DNA of 64,000 nucleotides, from positions 800,001 through 864,000 of the forward strand of contig CAWKDC010000001.1 in the NCBI GenBank assembly GCA_963848305.1, read 5' to 3'. A model generated the notes under the pieces. That model saw nothing but the letters and a program-made list of their open reading frames with translations, had not been told where the DNA came from and searched no databases. This stretch comes from an uncultured Gammaproteobacteria bacterium (GTDB lineage Bacteria; Pseudomonadota; Gammaproteobacteria; JABCZS01). This document shows positions 1 through 10,976 of this stretch, in pieces. Within the stretch, counting starts at the first letter, position 1. Every line of letters begins with the position of its first letter. A program made the position numbers and the translations under genes.

Positions 1-18
1 TAATTGATCGTGATAAAC

Positions 19-47
19 AAAAGGCGGGTTTTATCCCGCCTTTTTTT
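19..47. terminator. Intrinsic terminator hairpin downstream of rpsA, probably bidirectional
   Basis: AAAAGGCGGG-loop-CCCGCCTTTT stem with T tracts on both strands. Confidence 0.75.
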
Positions 48-53
48 AAAGAA

Positions 54-75
54 GGGCGGGAGTACCCGCCCCTAC
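54..75 (-). repeat. GTAG-type REP-like palindrome
   Basis: GTAG-GGGCGGG-TACT-CCCGCCC on minus strand; same architecture as other copies in the window. Confidence 0.6.
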
Positions 76-84
76 TACGTACGA

Positions 85-1770
85 CTACTCGTCTTTCTTG
101 CTCATCTTTTCTTTGAGCAAATCACCTAATGTCGAAGTGATAGAGACTTCAGCATTGCTGCGTTGCAGTTTTTGCATCGCATGCGCTTCTTCATCGTTAT
201 CTTTCGCCTTGATCGACAAGGTGGCTTGACGGTTCTTGCGATCGTAGCCGGTCAGTTTGGCTTCAACCGCATCGCCGACTTTGAACAATGAGCGTGCATC
301 TTCGACACGTTCACGGGCCATTTCGGATGCGCGCAAGTAACCTTGAACGCCTTCACCCAAATCAACCAATGCGCCTTTCGCATCCACTTCAAGCACGGTA
401 CCGTTCACGATACTGCCTTTTTCATGGCTGCTGACGAAATTGGAGTAAGGATCATCGGCCAGTTGCTTGATGCCGAGCGAAATGCGTTCGCGTTCTGCAT
501 CGACTGCCAGAATAACCGCTTCGATTTCATCGCCTTTCTTGAAGCGACGAATGGCTTCTTCGCCAGATTCATTCCAAGAAATATCTGACAAGTGAACCAA
601 CCCATCAATACCGCCATCCAATCCGATGAAAATACCGAAATCAGTGATGGACTTGATTTTACCGACAACACGTTCATTTTTGTTGTGCTTGGTCGCAAAC
701 AATTCCCATGGATTCATGGCGCATTGTTTGATACCCAGTGAAATGCGACGACGTTCTTCGTCGATATCCAACACAACCACTTCAATTTCTTGATCGAGCT
801 GAACAACCTTGCTCGGGTGAATGTTCTTGTTGGTCCAGTCCATTTCGGACACGTGTACCAACCCTTCCACACCCTTGTCGATCGCGACAAAGCAACCATA
901 ATCAGTGATGTTGGTGACTTTACCCGTCAAGCGTGTGCCGACAGGATAAGTTCTGACCACTTCTTTCCAAGGATCACTGCCCATTTGCTTCAAGCCGAGT
1001 GAAACGCGTGAACGATCACGATCAAACTTCAACACTTTCACTTCTAATTCATCGCCCACATTGACGACTTCGCTCGGGTGCTTGACGCGTTCCCAAGACA
1101 TGTCAGTGATGTGCAACAGACCATCTACACCGCCGAGATCCACGAATGCGCCGTAATCGGTCAGGTTTTTCACCACACCCTTCACCACTTGGCCTTCTTC
1201 CAATGTTGACAAGGCGCTTTGACGATCGGCATTGCTTTCATTTTCAATGACAGCGCGGCGAGATACCACAACGTTGTTACGTTTAGGATCGAGCTTGATC
1301 ACTTTGAATTCTAATTCTTTACCTTCGATATGGGATGTGTCACGAACCGGGCGTACATCAACCAATGAACCAGGCAAGAATGCACGGATGGTAGCGATAT
1401 CAACGGTGAAACCACCTTTGACTTTGCCGTTAATAATACCCTTCACAGGTGCATTGTTTTCGAAAGCACGGGCCAATTCCAGCCACGCTTCAGCGCGTTT
1501 GGCTTTTTCACGGGACAAACGTGTTTCACCGAAACCGTCTTCGAATGCATCCAGTGCAACTTCGACGGTATCGCCCACAGCGATATCAAGTTCACCATTT
1601 TCATTGTAAAACTGTTCAACAGGTACGACACCTTCGGACTTCAAACCCACGTCGATGATCACGACATCGCGGGTGATTTTCAGTACGGTACCACGGAGAA
1701 TAACGCCGGGTAACATAGGCATGGAGGAGAGTTGTTGCTCGAATAGAGCGCTAAAAGATTCAGCTATCAT
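85..1770 (-). CDS. rpsA: 30S ribosomal protein S1
   Basis: Repeated S1 domains ([34 protein letters not shown]); downstream of cmk. Confidence 0.98.
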   Translation of the reverse strand: MIAESFSALFEQQLSSMPMLPGVILRGTVLKITRDVVIIDVGLKSEGVVPVEQFYNENGELDIAVGDTVEVALDAFEDGFGETRLSREKAKRAEAWLELARAFENNAPVKGIINGKVKGGFTVDIATIRAFLPGSLVDVRPVRDTSHIEGKELEFKVIKLDPKRNNVVVSRRAVIENESNADRQSALSTLEEGQVVKGVVKNLTDYGAFVDLGGVDGLLHITDMSWERVKHPSEVVNVGDELEVKVLKFDRDRSRVSLGLKQMGSDPWKEVVRTYPVGTRLTGKVTNITDYGCFVAIDKGVEGLVHVSEMDWTNKNIHPSKVVQLDQEIEVVVLDIDEERRRISLGIKQCAMNPWELFATKHNKNERVVGKIKSITDFGIFIGLDGGIDGLVHLSDISWNESGEEAIRRFKKGDEIEAVILAVDAERERISLGIKQLADDPYSNFVSSHEKGSIVNGTVLEVDAKGALVDLGEGVQGYLRASEMARERVEDARSLFKVGDAVEAKLTGYDRKNRQATLSIKAKDNDEEAHAMQKLQRSNAEVSITSTLGDLLKEKMSKKDE

Positions 1771-1861
1771 CAAGTAGATTTCCCTTGCATCAATCCATAA
1801 AAGATTGCTGCAGTTAAGTTAACATTTGTTGCGGGTGGATATTCACCCCCTGCAACCCCAT

Positions 1862-2502
1862 TTACGCTGTCAATAATCCCCTTGCCTTCACGGCCTCAAG
1901 CACTGTTTCAAACACCTCTTGGATGTTCCGGCCGGTGGTGTCAATGATGACCCCATCTGCCGCAGGCCTCAATGGCGCGATGGCTCGGTTCTGGTCACGC
2001 TGGTCACGTTCCTCTATCTCGAGCAGTAAGCCCGCTAGGGTAACATTAAGTCCGCGATTGCGCAACTCCTGAAAACGACGGGCCGCCCGCTCAGGGGCAC
2101 TGGCGGTCAGAAAGAGCTTGAGATCGGCTTTCGGGAAGACAACCGTCCCCATATCGCGCCCATCAGCGATCAGACCCGGAGCCATGGCTGCGGCCCGCTG
2201 GCGTGCCAGTAAGGCTTCTCGAACCGCAGGCATGGCAGCCACTCGGGAGGCCATGTTGCCTACCACCTCGCTGCGCAACGCTTCATCTTCTGAAGGCAGA
2301 TCCAATTGTAAGGCAGCTTTCACCAAAGCTGGTTCATTCTCTTCATCCAGTTTGCCTTGAACGACTTTCAATGCCAATAATCGGTACAATGCGCCGCTAT
2401 CTAGAAAATGGAAACCCAGCCGCTTCGCCAAAGAGCGCCCTATCGTGCCCTTACCGGCGCCCCCAGGCCATCGATGGTGATCACAGGGATACCCGTTGTC
2501 AT
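1862..2502 (-). CDS. cmk: Cytidylate kinase with a 1-nt deletion near 2467 (probable sequencing error)
   Basis: ATG at 2502 gives MTTGIPVITIDG; second frame continues PGGAGKGT (P-loop), LDSGALYR, DGRDMGTVVFP; cmk-rpsA synteny. Confidence 0.93.
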
Positions 2503-2960
2503 GATGAATACTCCTTAAAACGCGCCAAAATGGCTTTTGCGGCGGGCAACCCAGCTCGCTCCTGCCCAATGATAGACAGCTTCGCTGACTGATAAGAGGC
2601 CTCCACACCCGCTTGCTTGAGGCAAGCCAACAGTGTATCCAATGGGAACCCTTCTAGACCACACACGACGGTCGTGCCACTGGCGCATACGGCCAACATG
2701 GCCAAAGCAGGCAAATCATGGATAAGGGTGTTGGTGTGTTCAGCACGCACTTCCACCGCCAGTAATTTTTTAGCCTGCTGAATATGCAGGTGAGAAACGG
2801 GCTCATCCCCTTCCCAACGCTGATCCAGGATATGAATGCGCGCGCCCATCAAAATGGCATAACGTAACCAACCTGAACGTGCAGGATTCATGTTCACCGC
2901 AGGGATGTGAAGATCAGCATAAGGCGCTATCGTTGCGGCAGCAATGTCCAGGGAAACCAT
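2499..2960 (-). pseudogene. aroA: Degenerate C-terminal fragment of class II EPSP synthase (AroA-like), ORF still open
   Basis: VNMNPARSG..MGARI..EGDEPV..LIHDLPALAMLAVCASGTTV resembles AroA VGLNPTRTG..MGADI..GGEPV..IDEIP..AEGTT; occupies the aroA slot between gyrA and cmk; only 153 aa and no RVKESDR motif. Confidence 0.7.
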
Positions 2961-2965
2961 ATGTG

Positions 2966-5545
2966 TTACTCTGCTTCAACCGAATCATCTGGCACGACAT
3001 CCGCACCGACATCTTCAATCCGCTGTACGGCCGCCAATAATTCCCCATCCATCAGGTTGATGAGACGCACACCTTGCGTGTTTCGACCAATCACGGAGAC
3101 TTCAGTGATACGCGTGCGCACCAACGTCCCCTTATTACTGATCAACATCACTTCATCTTGAGGTGTGACCAACACGGCTGATACCAACGCGCCATTTCGT
3201 CCACCTGTTTGAATGGCAATCACCCCTTGACCGCCACGCCCTTGCACAGGGAAATCTTCGAGTAGCGTACGTTTCCCGTAACCGTTTTCTGTCGCAGTTA
3301 ACACAGCGCCGCCGTCTTGCGGCACAATCATGCTGATCACGCGCACCGTTTCAGGCATTTTAATACCGCGCACACCGCGGGCTGCACGGCCCATTTCACG
3401 CACATCATCTTCATTGAAGCGAATGGATTTGCCTTCAGAGGTGAACAACATGATATCGTTTTGACCGCTGGTGATTGCAGCAGCCACCAAATGATCGTCA
3501 TCCAATAAATCGCAAGCGATCAAGCCACTCGGCCTTGGGCGAGAAAATTCTGACAAGGAGGTTTTTTTGATCACCCCTTGTGTTGTGGCCATCACGACAA
3601 AATGGCTGTGATCAAATGTTTTGATCGGCAGAATGGTATTGATGCGTTCTGCAGGATCCAGCGGTAAAATATTCACAATCGGCTTACCGCGCGACAAACG
3701 TGAGGCTTGCGGCAATTGGTATACTTTCAACCAATACACACGACCCAGACTTGAGAAGCATAACAACGTGTCGTGCGTGTTGCAGACAATCAATCGCTCA
3801 ATAATGTCTTCTGATTTGACATCCGCCGCTGCTTTGCCTCGTCCGCCACGACGTTGCGCTGCATAAGACGTCAGTGGTTGGTATTTCACATATCCTTCTC
3901 GTGATAACGTGACCACCACATCTTCAGGGGTGATCAAATCTTCTGTATTCAAGTCTTGTTGATTAGAAATGATTTCTGTGCGACGCTCATCGCTGAAATC
4001 TTTTTTCACTTCAACCAATTCTTCGCGGATCACTTCCATCAAGCGAGAATCACTTTCTAAAATATGGCATAAATATTCGATCGTTTTAATCAGCTCATGG
4101 TATTCATCCGTGATTTTATCTTGTTCAAGGCCGGTTAAACGATGCAATCTTAAATCTAAAATGGCTTGTGCTTGCGCCTCTGTGAGGCGATATTGCCCCT
4201 CATGCGCACCAAATTCTACGGGCAAGTCGTCGGGGCGTGTTTTATCAAGGCCCACTTTTTGCAAATACGCGATGACGTCGCCGCCCGCCCATAACGTCGA
4301 CAACAAACCTTCTTTGGCCTCTTTGGGACTCGGGGCTGCTTTGATCAACGCGATCACCGCATCAATGTTCGTTAATGCAACCGCCAAACCTTCCAAAATA
4401 TGGGCACGATCTTTTGCTTTGGCCAAATCAAATAATGTGCGACGTGTGACGACTTCGCGACGATGACGAATGAATGCATTGATCAACGATTTTAAATTCA
4501 TGAGTTTTGGCTGACCGTCTTCGAGCGCCACCATGTTAATCCCGAACACCACTTGCATTTGTGTTTGCGTGAACAAATTATTGAGAATGACTTCCGCATT
4601 TTCGTTACGCTTGACTTCGATCACAATGCGCATACCGTCCTTATCGGATTCATCGCGTAACCCGGTGATACCGGTTAATTTTTCTTCACGAACGAGTTCT
4701 GCGATTTTTTCAATGAGGCGGGCTTTATTGACTTGATAAGGTAATTCGGTGACGATAATTGCTTGACGATTTGAATCCTCATGATCTTCCACCGTTGCGC
4801 GTGCGCGCACATAGATACGGCCACGTCCAGTTCGGTATGCTTCAACAATGCCGCCACGGCCATTGATAATACCCGCTGTTGGAAAATCGGGCCCTGGAAT
4901 AATATTCATTAATGCTTCAAAAGAAATGGATTCGTCGTCGATAAACGCAATACACGCATCCAACACTTCACGCAAATTATGTGGCGGGATGTTGGTCGCC
5001 ATGCCCACGGCAATACCGGATGAACCATTCACCAATAAATTGGGTAATCGCGCAGGCAAAACGGAAGGAATGGTTTCAGATTCATCGTAGTTGGGAACGA
5101 ATGACACAGTGTCTTTGTCGAGATCCGCCAATAATAATTGAGCCAATTTCGTCATGCGCACTTCGGTGTAACGCATCGCAGCCGCCGCATCGCCATCCAC
5201 GGAACCAAAGTTACCTTGCCCATCGACCAATAAATAACGGAGTGAAAAAGGTTGAGCCATGCGAACGATGGTATCGTACACAGCGGATTCACCATGGGGA
5301 TGGTATTTACCGATCACGTCACCGACCACGCGAGCAGATTTTTTATAGGGTTTGTTCCACTCGTTGCCCAGCTGCTGCATGGCATACAGGGTACGTCGAT
5401 GAACAGGCTTCAAACCATCTCGCACGTCGGGCAAAGCGCGGCCGACAATCACACTCATCGCGTAATCAAGATAACACTGCTTTAACTCATCCTCAATGTT
5501 GACCAGGTGAATTTCTTCCATGTTGACCTTTTCGCTCGTACTCAT
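2966..5545 (-). CDS. gyrA: DNA gyrase subunit A
   Basis: [19 protein letters not shown] catalytic Tyr, GyrA box QRRGGRG. Confidence 0.98.
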   Translation of the reverse strand: MSTSEKVNMEEIHLVNIEDELKQCYLDYAMSVIVGRALPDVRDGLKPVHRRTLYAMQQLGNEWNKPYKKSARVVGDVIGKYHPHGESAVYDTIVRMAQPFSLRYLLVDGQGNFGSVDGDAAAAMRYTEVRMTKLAQLLLADLDKDTVSFVPNYDESETIPSVLPARLPNLLVNGSSGIAVGMATNIPPHNLREVLDACIAFIDDESISFEALMNIIPGPDFPTAGIINGRGGIVEAYRTGRGRIYVRARATVEDHEDSNRQAIIVTELPYQVNKARLIEKIAELVREEKLTGITGLRDESDKDGMRIVIEVKRNENAEVILNNLFTQTQMQVVFGINMVALEDGQPKLMNLKSLINAFIRHRREVVTRRTLFDLAKAKDRAHILEGLAVALTNIDAVIALIKAAPSPKEAKEGLLSTLWAGGDVIAYLQKVGLDKTRPDDLPVEFGAHEGQYRLTEAQAQAILDLRLHRLTGLEQDKITDEYHELIKTIEYLCHILESDSRLMEVIREELVEVKKDFSDERRTEIISNQQDLNTEDLITPEDVVVTLSREGYVKYQPLTSYAAQRRGGRGKAAADVKSEDIIERLIVCNTHDTLLCFSSLGRVYWLKVYQLPQASRLSRGKPIVNILPLDPAERINTILPIKTFDHSHFVVMATTQGVIKKTSLSEFSRPRPSGLIACDLLDDDHLVAAAITSGQNDIMLFTSEGKSIRFNEDDVREMGRAARGVRGIKMPETVRVISMIVPQDGGAVLTATENGYGKRTLLEDFPVQGRGGQGVIAIQTGGRNGALVSAVLVTPQDEVMLISNKGTLVRTRITEVSVIGRNTQGVRLINLMDGELLAAVQRIEDVGADVVPDDSVEAE

Positions 5546-5611
5546 TTACCATTGCCCCAGTGAGATAAAAAACCTAAGGGATTTTAACATATTTTGGGGT
5601 ATAATGGGTTC

Positions 5612-6316
5612 ATGACAAACAGCAACCCCCTTGAACTTGAACAATTTAATCATATGGCCCAAGACTGGTGGAACCCGGCGGGTTCCTGTAAACCTTTGCA
5701 TTTGATGAATCCCCTTCGACTGGCTTATATTCAGCAACATGCCCCATTATCGGGTCGGCAAATATTGGATGTGGGTTGTGGCGGCGGCATCCTCAGCGAA
5801 GCCATGGCGAAGGCTGGGGGGCAGGTCACCGCGCTTGAGTTGGCCGATCAGGTAATTGATGTCGCCCGTCGACACGCGGCATCTTGTGGGCTGACGATTG
5901 ATTACCGCCTTGAGACTGTCGAAGCACATGCTAAGTCACACCCTGCTCGGTACGACGTGATCACCTGTCTTGAAATGCTGGAACATGTGCCTGAGCCTGC
6001 CTCTGTGATTCAAGCGGTTCGTCAATTATTAAAACCAGGTGGCAAGGCGTTCTTTTCCACGTTGAATCGCCACCCGATGGCATTCATTCAAGCCATCGTC
6101 GGGGCTGAATATGTCCTGAAGATGCTGCCAAAAGGCACCCACAGTTATCGCCACTTTATCAAACCCAGTGAATTGGACGCAGCGCTGCGCGAGGCGGGGC
6201 TTGAAATTAAGCATATTCAAGGTTTGGGGTACAATCCGCTCACCGAAGCGTTTTATTTAACGCCGCGGGTTCATGTCAATTATTTAGTTGAGTGTGGTTC
6301 CCTCGACCTCAGTTAA
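5612..6316 (+). CDS. ubiG: Ubiquinone biosynthesis O-methyltransferase
   Basis: WWNP.G..KPLH.MNPLRL, LDVGCGGG, CLEMLEHVP; divergent from gyrA as in many Gammaproteobacteria. Confidence 0.95.
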   Translation: MTNSNPLELEQFNHMAQDWWNPAGSCKPLHLMNPLRLAYIQQHAPLSGRQILDVGCGGGILSEAMAKAGGQVTALELADQVIDVARRHAASCGLTIDYRLETVEAHAKSHPARYDVITCLEMLEHVPEPASVIQAVRQLLKPGGKAFFSTLNRHPMAFIQAIVGAEYVLKMLPKGTHSYRHFIKPSELDAALREAGLEIKHIQGLGYNPLTEAFYLTPRVHVNYLVECGSLDLS

Positions 6317-6739
6317 GACCATGCGACGGAATTGCAACGGATTGACCACCGCACGAATCGGGGCGGGAGAACCGCCCATACCGTTCACGGTGATATCCCC
6401 ATAATCCAACACCCGACCCAACATCGACTGGCTCACGTTCAGGCTGGTCACGCGGTTCACATTCAATTCCCAGGTATCACGTTTGATAAACCCCATTTTA
6501 ACCATTACCCGCTTGTCGGTCACTGCAAACTCAGTGCAAAAATAGTTGATCGTCGCTGATATCAGCCCCAAAATCCCGAAAAAGGCTATCATCGCAGATA
6601 ATAACAGCTGATGAAGTTGGAAATACACCACCCACGCCAGGATGCCCATGAAAATGGGGGGCGCAAAAACGATCCAATGAATGTGGGCTCTTAAAATGAG
6701 CTTTTCGTGGGGTAAGAGGGTGTTGTCAACGTAATTCAT
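6284..6739 (-). CDS. Membrane protein with bacterial PH domain (bPH_2)
   Basis: Two TM helices then TEFAVTDKRV..KMGFI..V.QS.LGRVLDYGDITV. Confidence 0.8.
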   Translation of the reverse strand: MNYVDNTLLPHEKLILRAHIHWIVFAPPIFMGILAWVVYFQLHQLLLSAMIAFFGILGLISATINYFCTEFAVTDKRVMVKMGFIKRDTWELNVNRVTSLNVSQSMLGRVLDYGDITVNGMGGSPAPIRAVVNPLQFRRMVLTEVEGTTLN

Positions 6740-6854
6740 GCGATTCTCCTTTCATTGGGTAAGATGATTGTATACAATGGGCGAGCCGAAATCGAGGGCC
6801 TTTTTAACGTCTCCGCCCCCTCTTACCAAACGGGCGCCTATTTTATGGTGAATC

Positions 6855-7604
6855 ATGCTTGAACAACCCCCGACCGAAAGCGCATACATCTCATTGCGTC
6901 CACCCCGCCTGGACTATTATGCTTTTCGACATCTGCCTTTCGCTGAATTTCAAGGGATGAATATTCTGTTCACGCTCTTCGATACCTTGTGCCGCATTCC
7001 TGAGACCGTCACCGACCCGCAAGTCGCCCGGCAAAAACTTGCCTTCTTTCAAACAGACATTGCAAAGGTGGTTAGCGGCACGTGCCAGCATCCTGAAACA
7101 CAAGCACTTGCGGCACTGATCAAGAAGCACCCCATCGACCTCACACCTTTTGAAAATATCTGCACCGCTGTTGAGATTGACATTGATCGCATTCAATCCA
7201 TTGATGATAATGATTTAAACCGTTATTGCCAAAAAAAGCGCGGCGCATTGATGTTGTTGTGTGGCGAATTTCTCAACAAGGCCCCGTTAAGCAATGATGC
7301 AAAAAATGATCTCAATGATTTGGGCATTTTGATTGAACGCGTGATATTACTACAAGAAAGACATGCGCGTCACGATAAACGGTACTTGTTTCCCATCAAG
7401 GATTTTGTCTTGAATGAGTATCTCGAGAAAACACGCCTTCATCATCAATTATCACATTTACAAAAGCCCCTGCAAATCCTTGAGGCATTGTACAATGCAT
7501 TATTACAGTTGCTTGAAGAAACATTGAAAACACAACCAGATAAATACATCACGCTTAATCCAATTTATGCACTGGGGATCAGCTTATGCAAACGGCTATT
7601 TTAG
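6855..7604 (+). CDS. Squalene/phytoene synthase (HpnD)-like protein, degenerate
   Basis: YYAFRHLP, DPQVARQKL, HPETQAL, DLNRYC resemble the HpnD family; Asp-rich motifs not evident. Confidence 0.6.
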   Translation: MLEQPPTESAYISLRPPRLDYYAFRHLPFAEFQGMNILFTLFDTLCRIPETVTDPQVARQKLAFFQTDIAKVVSGTCQHPETQALAALIKKHPIDLTPFENICTAVEIDIDRIQSIDDNDLNRYCQKKRGALMLLCGEFLNKAPLSNDAKNDLNDLGILIERVILLQERHARHDKRYLFPIKDFVLNEYLEKTRLHHQLSHLQKPLQILEALYNALLQLLEETLKTQPDKYITLNPIYALGISLCKRLF

Positions 7605-8311
7605 AAAACCGCATCATTCTTGTCACAGGCGCAGGTGACGGCATTGGTCGCGTCGCGGCGAAAACATTTGCATCACAGGGTGCAACAGTGATTTTGCTTG
7701 GACGAACGCCGCAAAAATGTGAAGTTGTTTACGATGAAATCATGGCCATGAATGGCCCCACACCCGCGATCATACCGATGGATTTAAAAGGTGCGCGCCT
7801 TGAAGATTATCAACATTGCTGCGATATCATTGGGGCTGAATTTGGTCGACTTGACGGGATTTTACACAACGCGGGTTGGTTAGGTTCGCTCACGCCACTG
7901 GCACAATATCCCTTACAACAATGGTTCGATGTGATGCAAATTAATTTGAATGCGCCTTTTTTAATGACACAATCGCTTCTGCCCTTATTGAAATCTTCCC
8001 GAGATGCTTCTATCCTCTTTACAGTGGATGGTGTGGCACGCGAACCGCGCGCTTATTGGGGCGCTTATGCTGTTGCGAAAGCCGGGCTGGGCGCAATGAT
8101 GAAAGTCTGGGCAGAAGAATTGGAATCGAATACGCCCATTCGCGTGAATGCGATCAATCCAGGTCCGGTTGCGACGCACATGCGAAAACATGCTTTCCCA
8201 TTTGAGGATGCGTCAACATTACGCGCACCTGAAGCATTGATGAAAGATTATATTTATTGGATGGGCCAGAGAGTCAAGGCAGAACAGGGGAATGGATCAA
8301 TTTATGATTAA
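7586..8311 (+). CDS. yciK: YciK-family short-chain oxidoreductase
   Basis: [36 protein letters not shown]. Confidence 0.88.
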   Translation: MQTAILENRIILVTGAGDGIGRVAAKTFASQGATVILLGRTPQKCEVVYDEIMAMNGPTPAIIPMDLKGARLEDYQHCCDIIGAEFGRLDGILHNAGWLGSLTPLAQYPLQQWFDVMQINLNAPFLMTQSLLPLLKSSRDASILFTVDGVAREPRAYWGAYAVAKAGLGAMMKVWAEELESNTPIRVNAINPGPVATHMRKHAFPFEDASTLRAPEALMKDYIYWMGQRVKAEQGNGSIYD

Positions 8312-8966
8312 AATCATTGTGAATGGTGCCCAAGGAAAAATGGGACAAGAAACGGTGGCTGCTATTCAACAAGCACCCGACTTCTCATTGATTGGAACAC
8401 TCACACGCAGCGACAATCTTGCAGACAAAATCAAAACACTCAAACCCGATGTCGTCATTGATTTCACCACACCCAGCAGTGTTTTTGAGAATACCCAAAC
8501 CATCATTGCTGGCGGTGCACGTCCTGTGATTGGCACCACGGGGTTAACCATTTCACACATTGAAACACTTCAAAAAATGTGTCGAGACAAAAAATTGGGG
8601 GGCATTATTGCGCCCAATTTTTCACTCGGCGCTGTCTTGATGATGAAGATGGCGCAAATGGCCGCAGAATATTTTCCTGATATTGAAATCATTGAATACC
8701 ATCACCCCGCCAAAAAGGATTCCCCATCTGGCACTGCATTGAAAACAGCACAACTGATTCAACGTGATAATAAAATACCCATTCATTCTGTCAGATTGCC
8801 TGGTTTTGTGGCGTCACAAACCGTCATTTTCGGCGGCCAACAAGAAACACTGACCATTCACCACGACAGCATTCACCGGGAAGCGTTTATGCCCGGGGTG
8901 CTGATGGCTTGTAGAAAGGTGATGTTACTGGATGAGTTGATTTATGGGCTCGAGCAACTAATTTAG
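8304..8966 (+). CDS. dapB: 4-hydroxy-tetrahydrodipicolinate reductase
   Basis: [41 protein letters not shown]. Confidence 0.95.
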   Translation: MIKIIVNGAQGKMGQETVAAIQQAPDFSLIGTLTRSDNLADKIKTLKPDVVIDFTTPSSVFENTQTIIAGGARPVIGTTGLTISHIETLQKMCRDKKLGGIIAPNFSLGAVLMMKMAQMAAEYFPDIEIIEYHHPAKKDSPSGTALKTAQLIQRDNKIPIHSVRLPGFVASQTVIFGGQQETLTIHHDSIHREAFMPGVLMACRKVMLLDELIYGLEQLI

Positions 8967-10130
8967 CTTGTGCACCATCGCCTTCAATTTCCCAATGCGC
9001 ATTATAGAAAATTGTTTGTTCTGGCTTTTTCTTATAAAACAAATACTGTATGAAAAAGTGGGAACAAATCAATGGGAACATAATGGTAGGCAGCGGATCT
9101 CGCCAATTAAAAATCGCTTCTTTGGCATGAATAAATTGTTGAAACCATGCATCAAAATTATTTTTCACTGTGGTTCCTAAAATCCGCAGCATCGCTGCAC
9201 GGCTAATTTGTCTGGGTCTCTCGGGACAAATTAAATGGAATGGCTGCAATGCAAAGAAATGTTCAGCAATGTTATCGTCTTTTTCGAGCAAATGCACTCC
9301 ACTGGTAATACGTGGATTACATTCTATGGCATACAATGTGCCATCATTTGTGCGCATGAGATCAAACCCTAGCATCCCGGTAAAATTTGCTGCTTTCACA
9401 ATTTCAGACACGAAATCTAAAATGGATTGATCTTCAATGGCCTTGAAACAAACAGATGCACCATTTTCACGGTAAATATAAAGTGGCTTGTACGCTGCAT
9501 GACAACTCAATGTACCTGAGTGTGCCACACTAAAAGTGCAGAACCATTCACCTTCAATAAAATCTTGAACGAGAATTGGAAACACTGGATTCACGCTCAA
9601 AGCGTGTTCGTGATCACGGATTTTAATAATATCCACACCGCCACCGGTATAAGCAGGTTTCAACATGTGGGGATAAGGTACGGCATTTTCTGCCAGCAAT
9701 GCATGGTAAGCGTCTTTGCTGTCCACAATGCGTGTATTAGGAACCTTCAATCCTAATTGTGTCATCCAGGCCATGAATTTAGCTTTATTGTTAAGCGTAT
9801 CAATCATGGCTATTTGATCACAAATCACTTGTACATATCTGCTGAGTAATTTTTTATGTTTTGCAATAAAATATATTTCGTCGTAGGTCGGAATGAGATA
9901 ATCAATGCGATGTGTGATCAATAATTCTTTCAAAGTTTCAATGAAACCTGTTTCATCCTCAAGTGGGTTGGGCAATACGAATGCTTCTTTCACCGCATTT
10001 GAAAAAGTGCAAAAATGAATACGTCGCGATTCAGCAACATACACTTCGTGACCTAATTGGTTGAATTGTCTCGCCAATTCTAATGTAGCAGGCCACGACC
10101 CCCCGTCATTAGAACACGTTTTTTGGACAT
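8887..10130 (-). CDS. ATP-grasp domain protein with a 1-nt deletion near 10092
   Basis: Repaired N-terminus [23 protein letters not shown]; [25 protein letters not shown]. Confidence 0.85.
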
Positions 10131-10133
10131 AGC

Positions 10134-10958
10134 TCACTCCGTTAAATAGAGATCAGGAAATAATTTCACTCCCTGTTTAACGGCATAAACATCAAAATCT
10201 TGAATACCCTCTTCGCGTAAAATGTTTTCATCAATGCAAAAATGACCCGTAAAAACCTTGGCATCACGCATTAAAATCGCGTGCGCTGCATCCGCGACAA
10301 TGTCCGGCTTGCGGCTTGCTTCGTAAATTGCTTTCGGGAAATTCACTTCAATGGCGGCTGTTGCAATCGTGGTTTTTGGCCACAAAGAATTAACGGCTAC
10401 ACCGAGCGGTTTGAATTCTGCAGACATGCCTAACGTACACATGCTCATACCATACTTTGACATCGTATAGGCAACATGATTTTTAAACCAGCGCGCTTCC
10501 ATGGATAACGGTGGTGACATCGTCAAAATATGACCATTGTCCGATTTTTTCAACAATGGCAAGCAAGCTTGTGAACAGGCGAAAGTTGCACGAACATTCA
10601 CAGAGAACATGAGATCAAAACGCTTCATGGGTGTATTTTCAGTGTCCGTCATGGAAATCGCACTGGCATTGTTCACCAGAATATCTAAGCCACCAAAAGT
10701 AGCTTCGATCTGCTTCACGACTTCAGCAATATTGTTTTCATCACGCACATCCAGTTTGCAAGCCAGGGCACGTCCACCCAATGCTTCAACTTCCTCAGCA
10801 ACGGATTGAATGGTGCCGGGTAATTTGGGATTCGGTGTATCACTTTTGGCGCCAATCACTACATTGGCTCCGTCCTTCGCGGCACGCAATGCGATCGCAC
10901 GTCCAATGCCACGGCTTGCACCGGTGATGAAGATGGTTTTGTTTTTGAGAGATTGCAT
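10134..10958 (-). CDS. Short-chain dehydrogenase (HSDL2-like)
   Basis: ITGASRGIG, NNASAI, AYTMSKYGMS, NSLWPKTTIATAA. Confidence 0.9.
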   Translation of the reverse strand: MQSLKNKTIFITGASRGIGRAIALRAAKDGANVVIGAKSDTPNPKLPGTIQSVAEEVEALGGRALACKLDVRDENNIAEVVKQIEATFGGLDILVNNASAISMTDTENTPMKRFDLMFSVNVRATFACSQACLPLLKKSDNGHILTMSPPLSMEARWFKNHVAYTMSKYGMSMCTLGMSAEFKPLGVAVNSLWPKTTIATAAIEVNFPKAIYEASRKPDIVADAAHAILMRDAKVFTGHFCIDENILREEGIQDFDVYAVKQGVKLFPDLYLTE

Positions 10959-10976
10959 TGATGTATTTCCCTATGT

